Shown: positions 49,621 through 61,090 of the stretch, piece by piece
Numbering within the stretch: position 1 is the first letter of the stretch
Layout: every line of letters begins with the position of its first letter
Assembly: GCA_965287045.1 (NCBI GenBank)
Contig: OZ336871.1
Coordinates: forward strand, 31,248,001-31,312,000
DNA: 64,000 bases
Source: Carcharhinus amblyrhynchos
Lineage: Eukaryota
Direction: 5' to 3'
Position numbers and translations under genes: made by a program
Notes under the pieces: generated by a model
The model's input: only the letters and a program-made list of their open reading frames with translations
Databases searched by the model: none
What the model was told of the DNA's origin: nothing

Positions 49621-52462
49621 TATCTATCTCTTGGCACGTGTGATATGAAAGGCTTGATCTTTCATATCGCATATGTCAAAGTTGGGCGAAGATCTTCCAA
49701 GCTGTTTAACTTTAGATCATTTTCATTTCGGACAATTTGAAACAAAGAAAAGGTCCCACTCACAGCATAATGGGTGGCTTATTAAAGTCCATTTCATACA
49801 AAAATATTGCAATTTACCGGTTGGTATAAGAAACAAGCTGAAGAAGATATTCTGACTCCTCTTAAATTATATCGATTTTTGCTTTCTAAATACTTAGACA
49901 ATTAGAATCTTATTATGTTTTCCTGCTTTTATACATCTTACTAAGAAATAAATCTGACATTAGTTTTAGCCTGAATGTCATGTCAATACCACACTGTCAG
50001 AACCTTAGCTTTCAGAATAGAAAGAAGTGGGAATGCTATCTGGTCTGTGATATCCAAGGAGTAATTGTTAGTCTGGTCTTTCTCTGTCCCAGTCATATCA
50101 TATCTAGTTTGAGTTCATGGAATTAAACCTAAATGATAACAGAATAGATATTATATTTCCCACTTGTGAAGCCATGCCAACGGTATGATTCAGGAGGTGT
50201 AAATTGTCATACAAGCAGGATTTCAGTTTTATATTGGAGTACACTTCACAGAAGTTGATTAAAGCTACGTTGGTCTCATGAGTGGGATGTGAAATTTGAG
50301 CCCAAATCTTTTATCTCATGTATTCGTGTTTCAGATGCAATATCCATCAATGCACTACTTGTTGTGTCTTGCCTCATGATTTTGATAACTCCAAGAGTAT
50401 CATAAGCTACTTGTCTTCAATTGTATTTGCAGCTTAAGTACATACACATACGAAACCCCAAGGAATTTGGAGCAAACCACGAGCACTCACATGACGAAGC
50501 TGGCATGGTGGCAGTGGTTAGCACTGCTGCCTCACAACATCAGGTTCAATTCTGGCCTCAGGTGACTGTGCAAACACACATTCTCTCCATGTCTGTGCAG
50601 GTTTCCTCCAGGTGCTCCAGTTTCCTCCCACAGTCCAAAAACGTGCAGGCTAGGTGTATTGCCCCTTAGTACCAGAAGGTAAATGTGTGGGGTTATGGGG
50701 ATAGGGCCTGGCTAGGATTGTTGTCAGTGCAGCGCACCCCCCACCCCCACCACCCTCAGTGAGCTCTCCCTCTTCCCCGTAGCCTCGCCATCAAGACTTC
50801 CCATCATCAGAACCCGTCCCTCCCTGTCCCCGCCATGACAGCCCCACACCGACCTCTCGCCTGGATCCAGGACAGAGAGTTTGAGGACTGCTTCTGGTCA
50901 TCCCAGCAGTGACCAACAATGCCGGTAGCCGTACTGGGACTACAGACCTGTCAGCTAATCTAATTGGTGACTAAGGGATTTTCACAGTAACTTCATTACG
51001 GTGTTAATATAAGCCTACTTATGACATTAATGAAATAATAATAAAATAAAATAATAAAGGTTAACCATTTGCTTTCCCAATTGCTTGCTGTAGCCACACA
51101 ACTTTCTTCACGCTTGTACAAGGCTCCCCTAATTCCTCTGAATACCAACACTTTCCACTCAACTTTTTTGCTTTCCTATTTCCCTATCGAAGTGTGTGAC
51201 TTCATACTTCCCCACACTATATTCCATTTGCTACATTCTGCCCACTCACTTAAATCCTTTTATAATCTCTGCACCCTTCCCTTACCTCCCCACCTAGCTT
51301 CATATCGCCAGAAAACCTCCAAGCTCACTCGGGGCTAGGATTCTCCGGTGCCGCTGCGGTGAATGGAGTTTTTGGCTGAGTGCCAAATTGTCCATTTTCA
51401 GTGACAACGGGGCAGGAACAAATGCGATCAAAGAATCCCGCCCAACATGTTTGTTTAAGATTGGCCTCGAGTCAACAATAGATCCATTGTAACCAGCCTC
51501 TGTTCAGTATTGTGGGCCAAAAACTGCTACATCAGGGCAAATTACCAGGCCACATTCTTCACAGTGTCACAGTACAGGCAGCAGGAGGGGGTTTCCAGAC
51601 TGACACTATCAAAGGATATCATGGGGAATTTTGAGGTCAAAGCTAATTTTAAAAAGGGAGACACCTGGCCAGTTTTCCTGATGTTTAGGGGCTTTTCTAC
51701 AAATGAAAAGCTAAAAAAAAATCCAATCTTCACAATAATAAAATAGAATTTCCTCAAGTAATGAGGTTGTTTTGTAATGAACTAAACTTCAGATGTTGAT
51801 TGATTTGAATAAGAGGAATAGAATCTGGCTGCAGTGGAATTTACCATGCAAGTACAAAAATAAGTTAGTTCTCAAAACCGTAAGCTAACTTGTGAGGCTG
51901 AAGATAACCAGTGGAAATTCAATGTAAAATGATGAGAAGCGGAATTGGTTTTAATCTGAATCAGAGAGTGGACAGGAGACCAGGCACCAGATAGGGAAGA
52001 GCAGAAAGAGGGGCTGGGTCTAAAGATACATGGGGCTAATTCTCCAACAGTTGCCAAAGAGCAACACCCACGTAATAATTTAAATCAACTCAATATCAGA
52101 TGCTTTGTGTCAGTGATTCTTTGACAAGTCTGAAGACAAGTACCAATCGACTCAAGAACAGCTTCAAAATGCCTTCAGATTTGAGCAGACCTGCCTGATG
52201 TTAAGTTGGTCTTTCTCTACACCCGCTCCTTGCCTTCCCTATTAACAGTATGCTTTGTCTGTAGAGCACATAAGAAACAATTCTTTACACTGTATACTAA
52301 TACGTGACAATAATAAATCAAATTCAAATCAAGCGGTTCTAGCACATACCTCCCATTTGTGAACTCTTGCTCAGATGATCAGGATGAGATGTTGGTCAAA
52401 GTTTGGAGTTGTATCATGTTGTTGGGGCAGAGTAGGAGGAACCTTTACACTATATTGCAGTT

Positions 52463-52754
52463 AGAATCATAGAATCCTTACAGTGCAGAAGGAGGCCATT
52501 CAGCTCATCGAGTCTGCACCGACCACAATCCCACCCAGGCCCTATTCCCGTAACCCCACCTATTTCCCCTGCTAATTCCCTGACACTATGGTCAATTTAG
52601 CATAGCCAATTAACCTAACCCACATATCTTTGGACTGTGGAGGAAACCCAGGTGAGGAGAATGTGCAAACTCCACACAGACAGTGACCCAAGGCCGAAAT
52701 TGAACCCAGATCCCTGGCACTGTGAGGCAGCAGTACTAACCACTCTGCCACCCC
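52463..52754 (-). mobile_element. HE1/V-SINE
   Basis: Consensus match. Confidence 0.9.
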
Positions 52755-54890
52755 TACCTGAACTGGGAATAATTGACACGGTGTGGAAAAATCCATGATC
52801 TAGCATGAATTTGCTTCAGAGAGTTCTGATTGACTCTTACATTTTCAGATGCTCATCAATCAACAGTGTACTTTTTGACATGAATATTCTTTATTCTGTC
52901 AAATACAAAAACCAAAACATGTATTTTTCTTATACAGGAGATTAAAACTCAGAGGTAACCTATGGATATTGTTAAATGCGCAGTCCAGCATTACAAGAAT
53001 GCCTCCTGCATTTCAACACAAAGCAAGTTTCCAGTGTTACCCAATTGCAGGCATAAGACTGAATAGCACAAGCTAAATTTATTTTGATACAGGCATTGCA
53101 TTATGTCAGAATGCTCATCATGTAATAAGACTGGCCACCAAAACAGGCAAAAAAATGAGAACAAACAGGGTGAGCAGCTAGTTAAAATCCAGACAAACAA
53201 TCCACAGCAGCAAAGGTATTTCAGCAGGCAAACATGAAATAAATATTAAGCTGTCAAATGTAAGTCATATGGCACTTTCCTAAGCCCAACCAAATACACT
53301 GCAGGCACTTTATAACATGGAACACATTCCACTCTTGTCTCAATCCGTGAACAAAGGTTCATTCGTAACCATACATAGTTTACAGGCACTCCTTTCCAGT
53401 GTCCAATAACAAATGTTACACTCTGAGGAGCACAGAAAACAAACCTATGATTTTGTCTATATTTTTTTAAATTTAAATCTCTTATCAGTCTCTGGGTGGG
53501 CAAACAAGGAGACGATCTCCAGCAAAAATCAGCCACAAGTGTTCCAGGGATTCTGTCACCAAATTCCCTTCTCATGCGTAAAAATATCACTTAGCCCCAC
53601 TCACTTTCACATCATGTTGGTAAGTGGAAAGTTGGCAATGGTAGGCAAGAATTCATCTCAACCAAAAGAATCAGTGCCACCTGACGACCCCTCACTACGC
53701 GAGCAGGTCTTTCAACAGTTAAATAGTCAAATCCACTTCCTAAGGAAATCATTTAGAATTTCAGTCTTGGTCTTGATCTTTCTAACCCAATTGCCTTTTG
53801 GATAAAGAAGTGCTCTGTGCTGCAAAGCAAAATCATGGCAGCAAGCAGGGAAACTACGTCCAGGGACAGAGTTCTCCAGTCCTGAATCAAGACGGGACAG
53901 GATAACAAATAAAAGACGGAGATCTGCATGCCAACTTACAAATTTCTTGAGGACCTGGGTGATGTGAAGAGCAGACAACAGTTGGAAAAAAAGTCCCCTG
54001 CCTCATTAACAGAGCAGCTCAAAGTGGTCAGGGAGCTCATATGGAGCTCACCTTCAGACCTTCCGAGGTGTACATACAGGTGGGCAGCAGCAGTCAAGTG
54101 GAAACAGGAATGGCAGCAATGAAACAGTTCCACTGGAGTGTAAGTTTGGACAAACCAAGTAGTAATAAAGTCTTAACATATAATCTTTCCCTACCCTATC
54201 TTCGGTCCTCGCATTCCATTTGTCCTGGCCACTTTGAACATGAAGATCCTTTCTTTAAAAAGTAACACAACATAGAGAAGTCAGCCGCTGCAATAGGTGC
54301 TAATTCAAACCAGAGCGTGGCCCACTTCCTTGCTGTCCTTGTTGTCAGTCTCACCCCCACTGCCATCAATTGAGTGGCAGATCCATCTCCAGGGTCAATA
54401 ATGCATCGACCCCAACAAGAACCGTGCCTCACACCACAGTGGCATCATGGGTGGGCTCACGGCTTGGGATCAACCCTGCCCCCAATGGGGAAATCCAACC
54501 CAGGTGGGTAAAATTTCAAATGGATGCCTTGTTCTATTTTCCCTCTGGAATCACGCCTGCAAGTTTATCCTTGCTGGCAATGACAGAGCAGTTATTGTTG
54601 AAGAGTTAAGAAATGGGAAGGGTGCAGCAGTACCTGTTTGGAGAGTGCTGAATGACCCAGTTAGAAGGTGCAAAAATAATTGACAGATTGAAAACAAACA
54701 AATTGTGTCAGGCTGATTGGCTGGACTGTGTTAGAAGGACATTAACATTGTGGATTTCAAACATGAAAGTTCATAAAGCTATCAATATTACAACATTAAA
54801 AAATAATCAGCACAATCCGCAAGCATCAAACATCAGGTTGTTAGGAAGAGCGAACCCTCTTAAACATCGCAACTTGCCAAACATTCTTAC

Positions 54891-54995
54891 CTCTGCGTCC
54901 TGCAAGACTCCATTTTTAGGGCATCCAAGCTCTGGACATGTGATAGGAGATCCACAACCTTCCCTGATCATCAGTTCGACATAACGCGTTAAGCA
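54891..54995 (-). CDS. RNF144B: RNF144B coding exon 2 (end of RING1)
   Basis: cag|[35 protein letters not shown]|gtaaga; 105 nt; [12 protein letters not shown] is RNF144B-type. Confidence 0.96.
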
Positions 54996-55169
54996 CTGAT
55001 GAATCATAACAGAAATAAAAAAGAAAAAGTACGTCAGTTATTCAGCGTGACATAGTATCAGTGTGTTTATTTCAGTGAACCCTGGATTTTACTCCCCTTA
55101 TTATTTGGCATGACATTCTACGCGAATACACATCAGCTGACAGCAATACTGAAAAATACTGTACACAGG

Positions 55170-55480
55170 GATAGCACAATGGTTAGCACTGCTGCCTCAC
55201 AGCACCAGGGTCCTGGGTTCAATTCTGGCCTTGGGTGACTGTGTGGAGTTTGCACATTCTCCCCGTGTCTGCGTGGGTTTCCTCCATGTGCTCTAGTTTT
55301 TGCCCACAGTCCAAAGATCTGCAGGTTAGGTTGATTGGCCATGCTAAATTGCCCCTCAGTGTCCCAAGATATATAGGTTAGGGGGATTAATGGGGTAAAT
55401 ATGAGGGGTTACAGGAGAAGAGCTGCTGCAGACACAATGGGCTGAATGTCCTCCTACAACATGGTACATATTCTATGATT
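55170..55480 (+). mobile_element. HE1/V-SINE
   Basis: Consensus match. Confidence 0.9.
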
Positions 55481-55815
55481 ATCTATGTTTGTGCAGCACC
55501 TTTGTTGACAGCCACACAATAAATTGTACGAGAACGATTCCATTCTTTCCCCAGACACCAGACAGAATAAAACAACCACCATATGAGTTCTGAAGAGTAA
55601 CCCAAACATTCTATCTCTCCACGGATGCTGAGTAAATTATTGTGTGTTTCTAGCATTTTCTGCCTATCTTAAAGAGGATTCCCAGTGCCCAAAGGGAAAC
55701 CACATCAAACTTAAAAGTTGAAAATCATTTTTTCAGACTGCTGCTTTTTATTTCCCGTCTACTGAGTCACTGGCGGCTTCCGATAAATTTCAGACAAATT
55801 CAGCCTCAAGTCATT

Positions 55816-56121
55816 GAATGCCTACAGTGCAGAAAGAGGCCATTTGGCCCATTGAGCCTACACTGACAACAATCCCACACAGGCCCTATTCCCTTAACCC
55901 CACATATTTACCCTTCTAATCCCCTGACACTGAAGGGGCAATTTTATCACGGCCAATCCACCTAACCCACACATCTTTGGACTGTGGGAGGAAACCGGAG
56001 GACCCAGAAGAAACCAATGCAGATGCAGGGAGGACATGCAAACTCCACATAGACTGTGACCCAAGTCGGGAATTGAACCCGGACCCTGGCATTGTGAGAC
56101 AGCAGTGCTAACCACTACGCC
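55816..56121 (-). mobile_element. HE1/V-SINE
   Basis: Consensus match. Confidence 0.9.
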
Positions 56122-57298
56122 ATCTGTGTCAGCCCCGAAGTCTAACAAAAGATAAATGATTTTGGGTGATCTGAAATTCTGACTAAGACACTGTTCCAGT
56201 GTTTGCATAGAGATATAAACTATTCTAGAACTTCAGTGGCTAGCACTGCTGCCTCACAGTGTCAGGGATCTGGCTTGGGTCACTGTTTATGTGGAGTTTG
56301 CACATTCTCCTTGCGGGTTTCACTCCAGGTACTCCGGTTTTCTCCCACAAACCAAATATGTGCAAGTTAGCTGGGTTGGCCATGCTAATTGCCCCTTTAG
56401 GTGTTCCAAGACATGTAGGTTAGGGCTATTCCATAGAATCACTACAGTGCAGAAGGTGGCCATTCACCCCATCAAGTCTGCACCCTCCTGCACCCTATCC
56501 CTGTAACCCCGTGCTGAATGATCTCTTTCTGTACTGTAGGGATTCTAAACAGACAAAAATAGTTGACACAGCAATGTAGCACCCATCATCGAAAATTAAA
56601 CCCTGTGCCATTTTACTTCTTCACCAATGAAGCACCCTTGATGAAGTAAACCCTAGCAAGGCATTTCTCAGGAGCACAGCAAAAGAAAAATAAACACGGA
56701 GCCATGTCAGGATAGGTGAACAAACACTTGGTCAAAGAGACAGGTTTTATTCAGAATCTTAAAGGAGAGGTGGCAAAGTTTGGGGAGGGAATTCCAGAAC
56801 TTAGCAACTAAATGGTTGAAAGCATTGTCACCAAAAGTACATTAAAAGGAAGTAGGAGTTGGAGTTGTAAAAGTTGGAGGGATCCTTAGACAATTGGAAG
56901 TTTACAGAGATAGGGAGGTACAAAGACTACGGAGTGATCGGAATAAAAATAAGTATTTTTTTTAATGTTCTTTTAGTGGATCAGAAGCAACGAACATAGG
57001 CATGATGGGTGAACAGGTCCTGGTTTGCATTAGAATAGGAGCAGAGTTTTGGGTGTGCTTAATGGACTTTGACAGAGGGAGGTCAGGCGTTAGCCAACAG
57101 AGCACTAAAATAGTTGAACCTGGAAGAGGGGGAAATAAAAAAAAAGAGGATTTCAGCAGGTTGATATTATGGAGGAATTACTTGAAAGAAAACTATATCT
57201 TTCCAACCCAATCAAAACAATAGTGATCTCATTAATATCATTCAGTAAGCTTCATTTTCAATAAACTCCTGTTATTATGCATTGCTGGGCACACTCAC

Positions 57299-57466
57299 CA
57301 CAGTGCAGAAAATGCAGTTGCATTGCTCCAGAGTGGTCATTCCATCGAGAGGATATTCACAAAGACAGAGCTTGCACATCATCAGTGGGTCCAAAGCCAA
57401 GTCCCCACCCACTGACAAGCCTGTTGCAACGATTGGGTGGTGGTGGGTTTTACTGGAAGGCTCCAT
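57299..57466 (-). CDS. RNF144B: RNF144B coding exon 1 (ATG, start of RING1)
   Basis: MEPSSK...[36 protein letters not shown], then GTG|gtgagt donor; 168 nt, phase 0; matches the RNF144 N-terminus. Confidence 0.93.
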
Positions 57467-58100
57467 CCTTCTGCTGAATTACACCAATGGATCCCTCTTG
57501 TACCTATCAGTAATCACAAGAGTTGATGAAGATGCTTCCAAAATATGACAAAGTCTTCAATCACATTTGGCTGGAATTCTCCAACCTCGCCCATGGCTGG
57601 GATTTTCTGGTCCCATTGAGCACCAAAGTCTCCATTCTTGCTGGTAGCAGTAGCAAGACGTGTGAAACCAGAGAATTTGGGCCATATTTTCCTCTCATAC
57701 ACCATCATAAAGCCAAGTTATAGGCTGGAACATGGAACACCTGTTTTGGCAGAACTCCAAAAGGTTGAGCAGTTACTTAGGTTTGCGTGCAAGACCCACT
57801 CATTTCGGTTCCTTCCGCCTTTACACCAAGTCATTTCTACTTTATTGAATCCTTGGCTTCCGCTTTTTAATCAAACATCATGTTGCTAACCGACAACTTA
57901 CTTTGCAACTCAAAGAGGTGTTACATTGTCACGCCTTAAAATCACAAGTTAACTTAAGGATTTTTAATTCTCTCAATTTGGGAACAAATTTTCTCCGTAA
58001 CTATGCTAATGGTTCCCTTCTTAATGGCTAACAATTATATCAAGATTCTTCCTTTATGGATTGAATTTACACTATGGAAACAAAAGAGGTAGAACACAAA

Positions 58101-58372
58101 CACGATGGTACAGTGGTTAGCACTGCTGCCTCACAATGTCAGGGACCTGAGTTCAACCACTGTCTGTGCAGAATCTACATATTCTCCCAGTATCTGAGTG
58201 GGATTCCTCCGGGTGCTCCAGTTTCCTCCCACAATCCGAAAGATATGCTGGTTAGGTGCACTGCATGTGCTAAATTCTCCCTCAGTGTACCCAAACAGGC
58301 ACCAAAATATGGCGATTAGGGGATTTTCACAGTAACTTCATTGCAGTGTTAATGTGACAATAAATAAACTTT
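58101..58372 (+). mobile_element. V-SINE, alternative tail
   Basis: Consensus match. Confidence 0.85.
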
Positions 58373-59261
58373 ACTGTCTCTATTTTAGGTTATCATCTTT
58401 GTTGAAATAAGAGGCAAAAAAACCTAAATCTAACTTGTTTATTAGCAATATCAAATTATACATTGCAATGTCCTTGGAGTAAATCTTTTCTGTGCAAAAT
58501 TGAAAGGCGTCACCTTGGTTAAGTTGGTAGTTTATCTTTAAGTCAGATGGTTATTGGGTCAAACTGCACTCAAAACTTATAAATCAAGGTTCAAACTTCA
58601 GCTCCGTATTCTCATAGCACTACTCCGAAGCAACTTCAAACTATCAGTCTGTTCAGACTAAAAGGGCCAATCACGTTCATTCAATAAGAACAGGGAGTTG
58701 TCCCAATATCCTGTGTCTGTCATTCTTCATGCAATCTCACAAACTTGTTATCTGTCAATACAAGGCCTTATATACACATTTCCTCGGTGTTTGCCCAGTG
58801 ACCACATTTCAAAAAGTAATTGGTGTTATGTGTTTTCACACATTTCTCAAATGTGAGATCATATGCTGTGTAGATGCAAGGTTTTCTATTAGATAGCACA
58901 TTGCTTACCCGTGAGAAAAATTCAAATAAACTCATAAGATCTTCTCTTCCTTTTGAAGTCTCACCAAAGTACACACCACTGGATGGATAAGCAAACAAGT
59001 CTCCAGGCAACATCACAAGGAAACTTGCTAGTGAACCCAGAGATCCCTTCTTCACTCTCCTTTGAGTAGGGGAAGTAGTTCCTCATCCTCATACTAGCCC
59101 CAATTAAGGTCAAAAATTCACTCCATAGAAAACCACAGGTCTGAACTCATGTAAACTATATCCCTGAGATATAGCATTTTGGCATAGTAGCCTAGTATTG
59201 CTAGACATTCAAGCACAATGATAGTCCAGGCAATTGGCATAGCTAAGTTTATGTTCAAAGT

Positions 59262-59935
59262 TTGTTTAATACTGTCAAGTAGGCTTACATGAACACGCAA
59301 TGAAGTTAGTGTGAAAATTCCCTCGGCACCACAATCAGGCACCTGTTCGGGTACACTGAGGGAGAATTTAGCATGGCCAACGTACCTAACCAGCACATCT
59401 TTCAGACTGTGGGAGGAATGATAGAATCCCTGCAGTGTAGAAGGCAGCCATTTGATCTATCGAGCCTGCACCAAAAACAATCCCACCCAGGCCCTATCCC
59501 CATAGCCCCACATATTTACTCTGCTAATCCCTCAGACACTCAGGGACAATTTAGCATGGCCAATCAACATAACCCGCACATCTTCAGAGCATGGGAGGAA
59601 ACCCACACAGTCATGGGGAGAATGTGTAAACTCCACACAGACAGTGATCCGAGTCCAGAATTGAACCCGGGCCTCTGGCACCGTGAGACAGCAGTGCTAA
59701 CGTGAATGGGACTGAGAGTTAGGATGCAGGCAAGTTTTGATGGGGTATAAAACAGGAGGCCTGTCATGAGGGTGTTGGAATAGCCGAGTTGAAACATAAC
59801 AAAAGGCACAGATGCACAGTTCCCCTTTCAAATTATTTCTTACCAAGCTGTTTTGCACAGGCAATGACCCAAGCCAGGAAATGGACCCGGGTCCCTGTCG
59901 CTGTGAGACAGCAGTGCTAACCACTATGCCACCCT
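59262..59935 (-). mobile_element. Composite of nested V-SINEs (alternative-tail 3' part, HE1-type copy, separate head)
   Basis: Tail at 59262-59418, second copy at 59421-59700, head at 59862-59935. Confidence 0.75.
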
Positions 59936-60786
59936 ATCCAAGTACAGATTGTAACTATGGTGATTAAACCTCTATTCAAATGAAGCCAACTAAAATGTGT
60001 CCTGTGACATTTAAGAATTTTGATTGGCAGCCAAGAAACATGAGCTAACCAGGGAGCTGCTTTCGTAACATTCTTCCTTCAGTCAACACCACTAAAGCAA
60101 ATCATGAAATCATTTATTGCATTCCTGTTTATGGAATCTTGCCAAGCATAAATTGACCACCGTACAGAATTATTGAAGACACATTCCTTAGTGGTTCAAT
60201 GGGTAAATGTACCACGAGATGTGCTAAATGAGCTACACACACCTCACTAAGTTCCATAAACTTTTATCAGAATTGGCTGATCTCAGCTAGTCAGCAACAA
60301 ACAAGAACTAGTATTTACACAGCACTAACAGTGGAATGAAATATTCCATGGCACTTCACAGAAATGTTATCAAAAGACGACTACTAAGTCTTTATGACAG
60401 GTAATTGAAAGCTGGGTAAAAGACCTGTGGTTTAAGGAGCACCTTAAAGAAGGGCAGAGAGTTAGAGAAATGGAGTGTGCAGGGAGAGAATTCTAGAGAT
60501 TAGGGCCTAGGTATTTGAAAGTGCCGTGGCCAATGTAATCAGGTCTGTGCAAAAGTTCAGGGTTGGACGAGAGATCTTGAAATGTTTGTTGAGCACAGGA
60601 TGACTATAGCGATAAGGAAAGACAAAACTGAAGGGAGTTAAAATCAATACGAGGCTGGAATCACCAATATATATAAGTGAGCACAAGAGTGAGGGATGGG
60701 TGAATGGAACTTGATGAGAGTCAGGACACAGGCAAGTGTTAATGGGGTATAAAATAGGAGGCCTGCCATGAGGGTGTGGGAATCAT

Positions 60787-61090
60787 TAGAATCTCAATGC
60801 AGGGGGCCATTCGGCCCATCAAGTCTGCACCAAACACAATCCCACCCAGATCCCGTAACTCCATGCATTCACCCTAGCTAGTTCCCCAGACACTGAGGGG
60901 CAATTTAGCATGGCCAATCAATCTAAACTGCACATCTTTGGACTGTGGGAGGAAATCAAGAGCACCCAGAGGAAACCCATGCAGACACAGGAGAACATGC
61001 AAACTCCACACAAACAGTGATCCAAGCCGGGAACTGTACCTGGATCCCTGGTGCTGTGAGGTGGCAGTGCTAACCACTGTGTCACTGTAC
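60787..61090 (-). mobile_element. HE1/V-SINE
   Basis: Consensus match. Confidence 0.88.

Noticed and set aside
53800-54150. Possible further Myb/SANT remnant (VKSRQQLEKK)
   Set aside because: Similarity too short and degenerate to support a call
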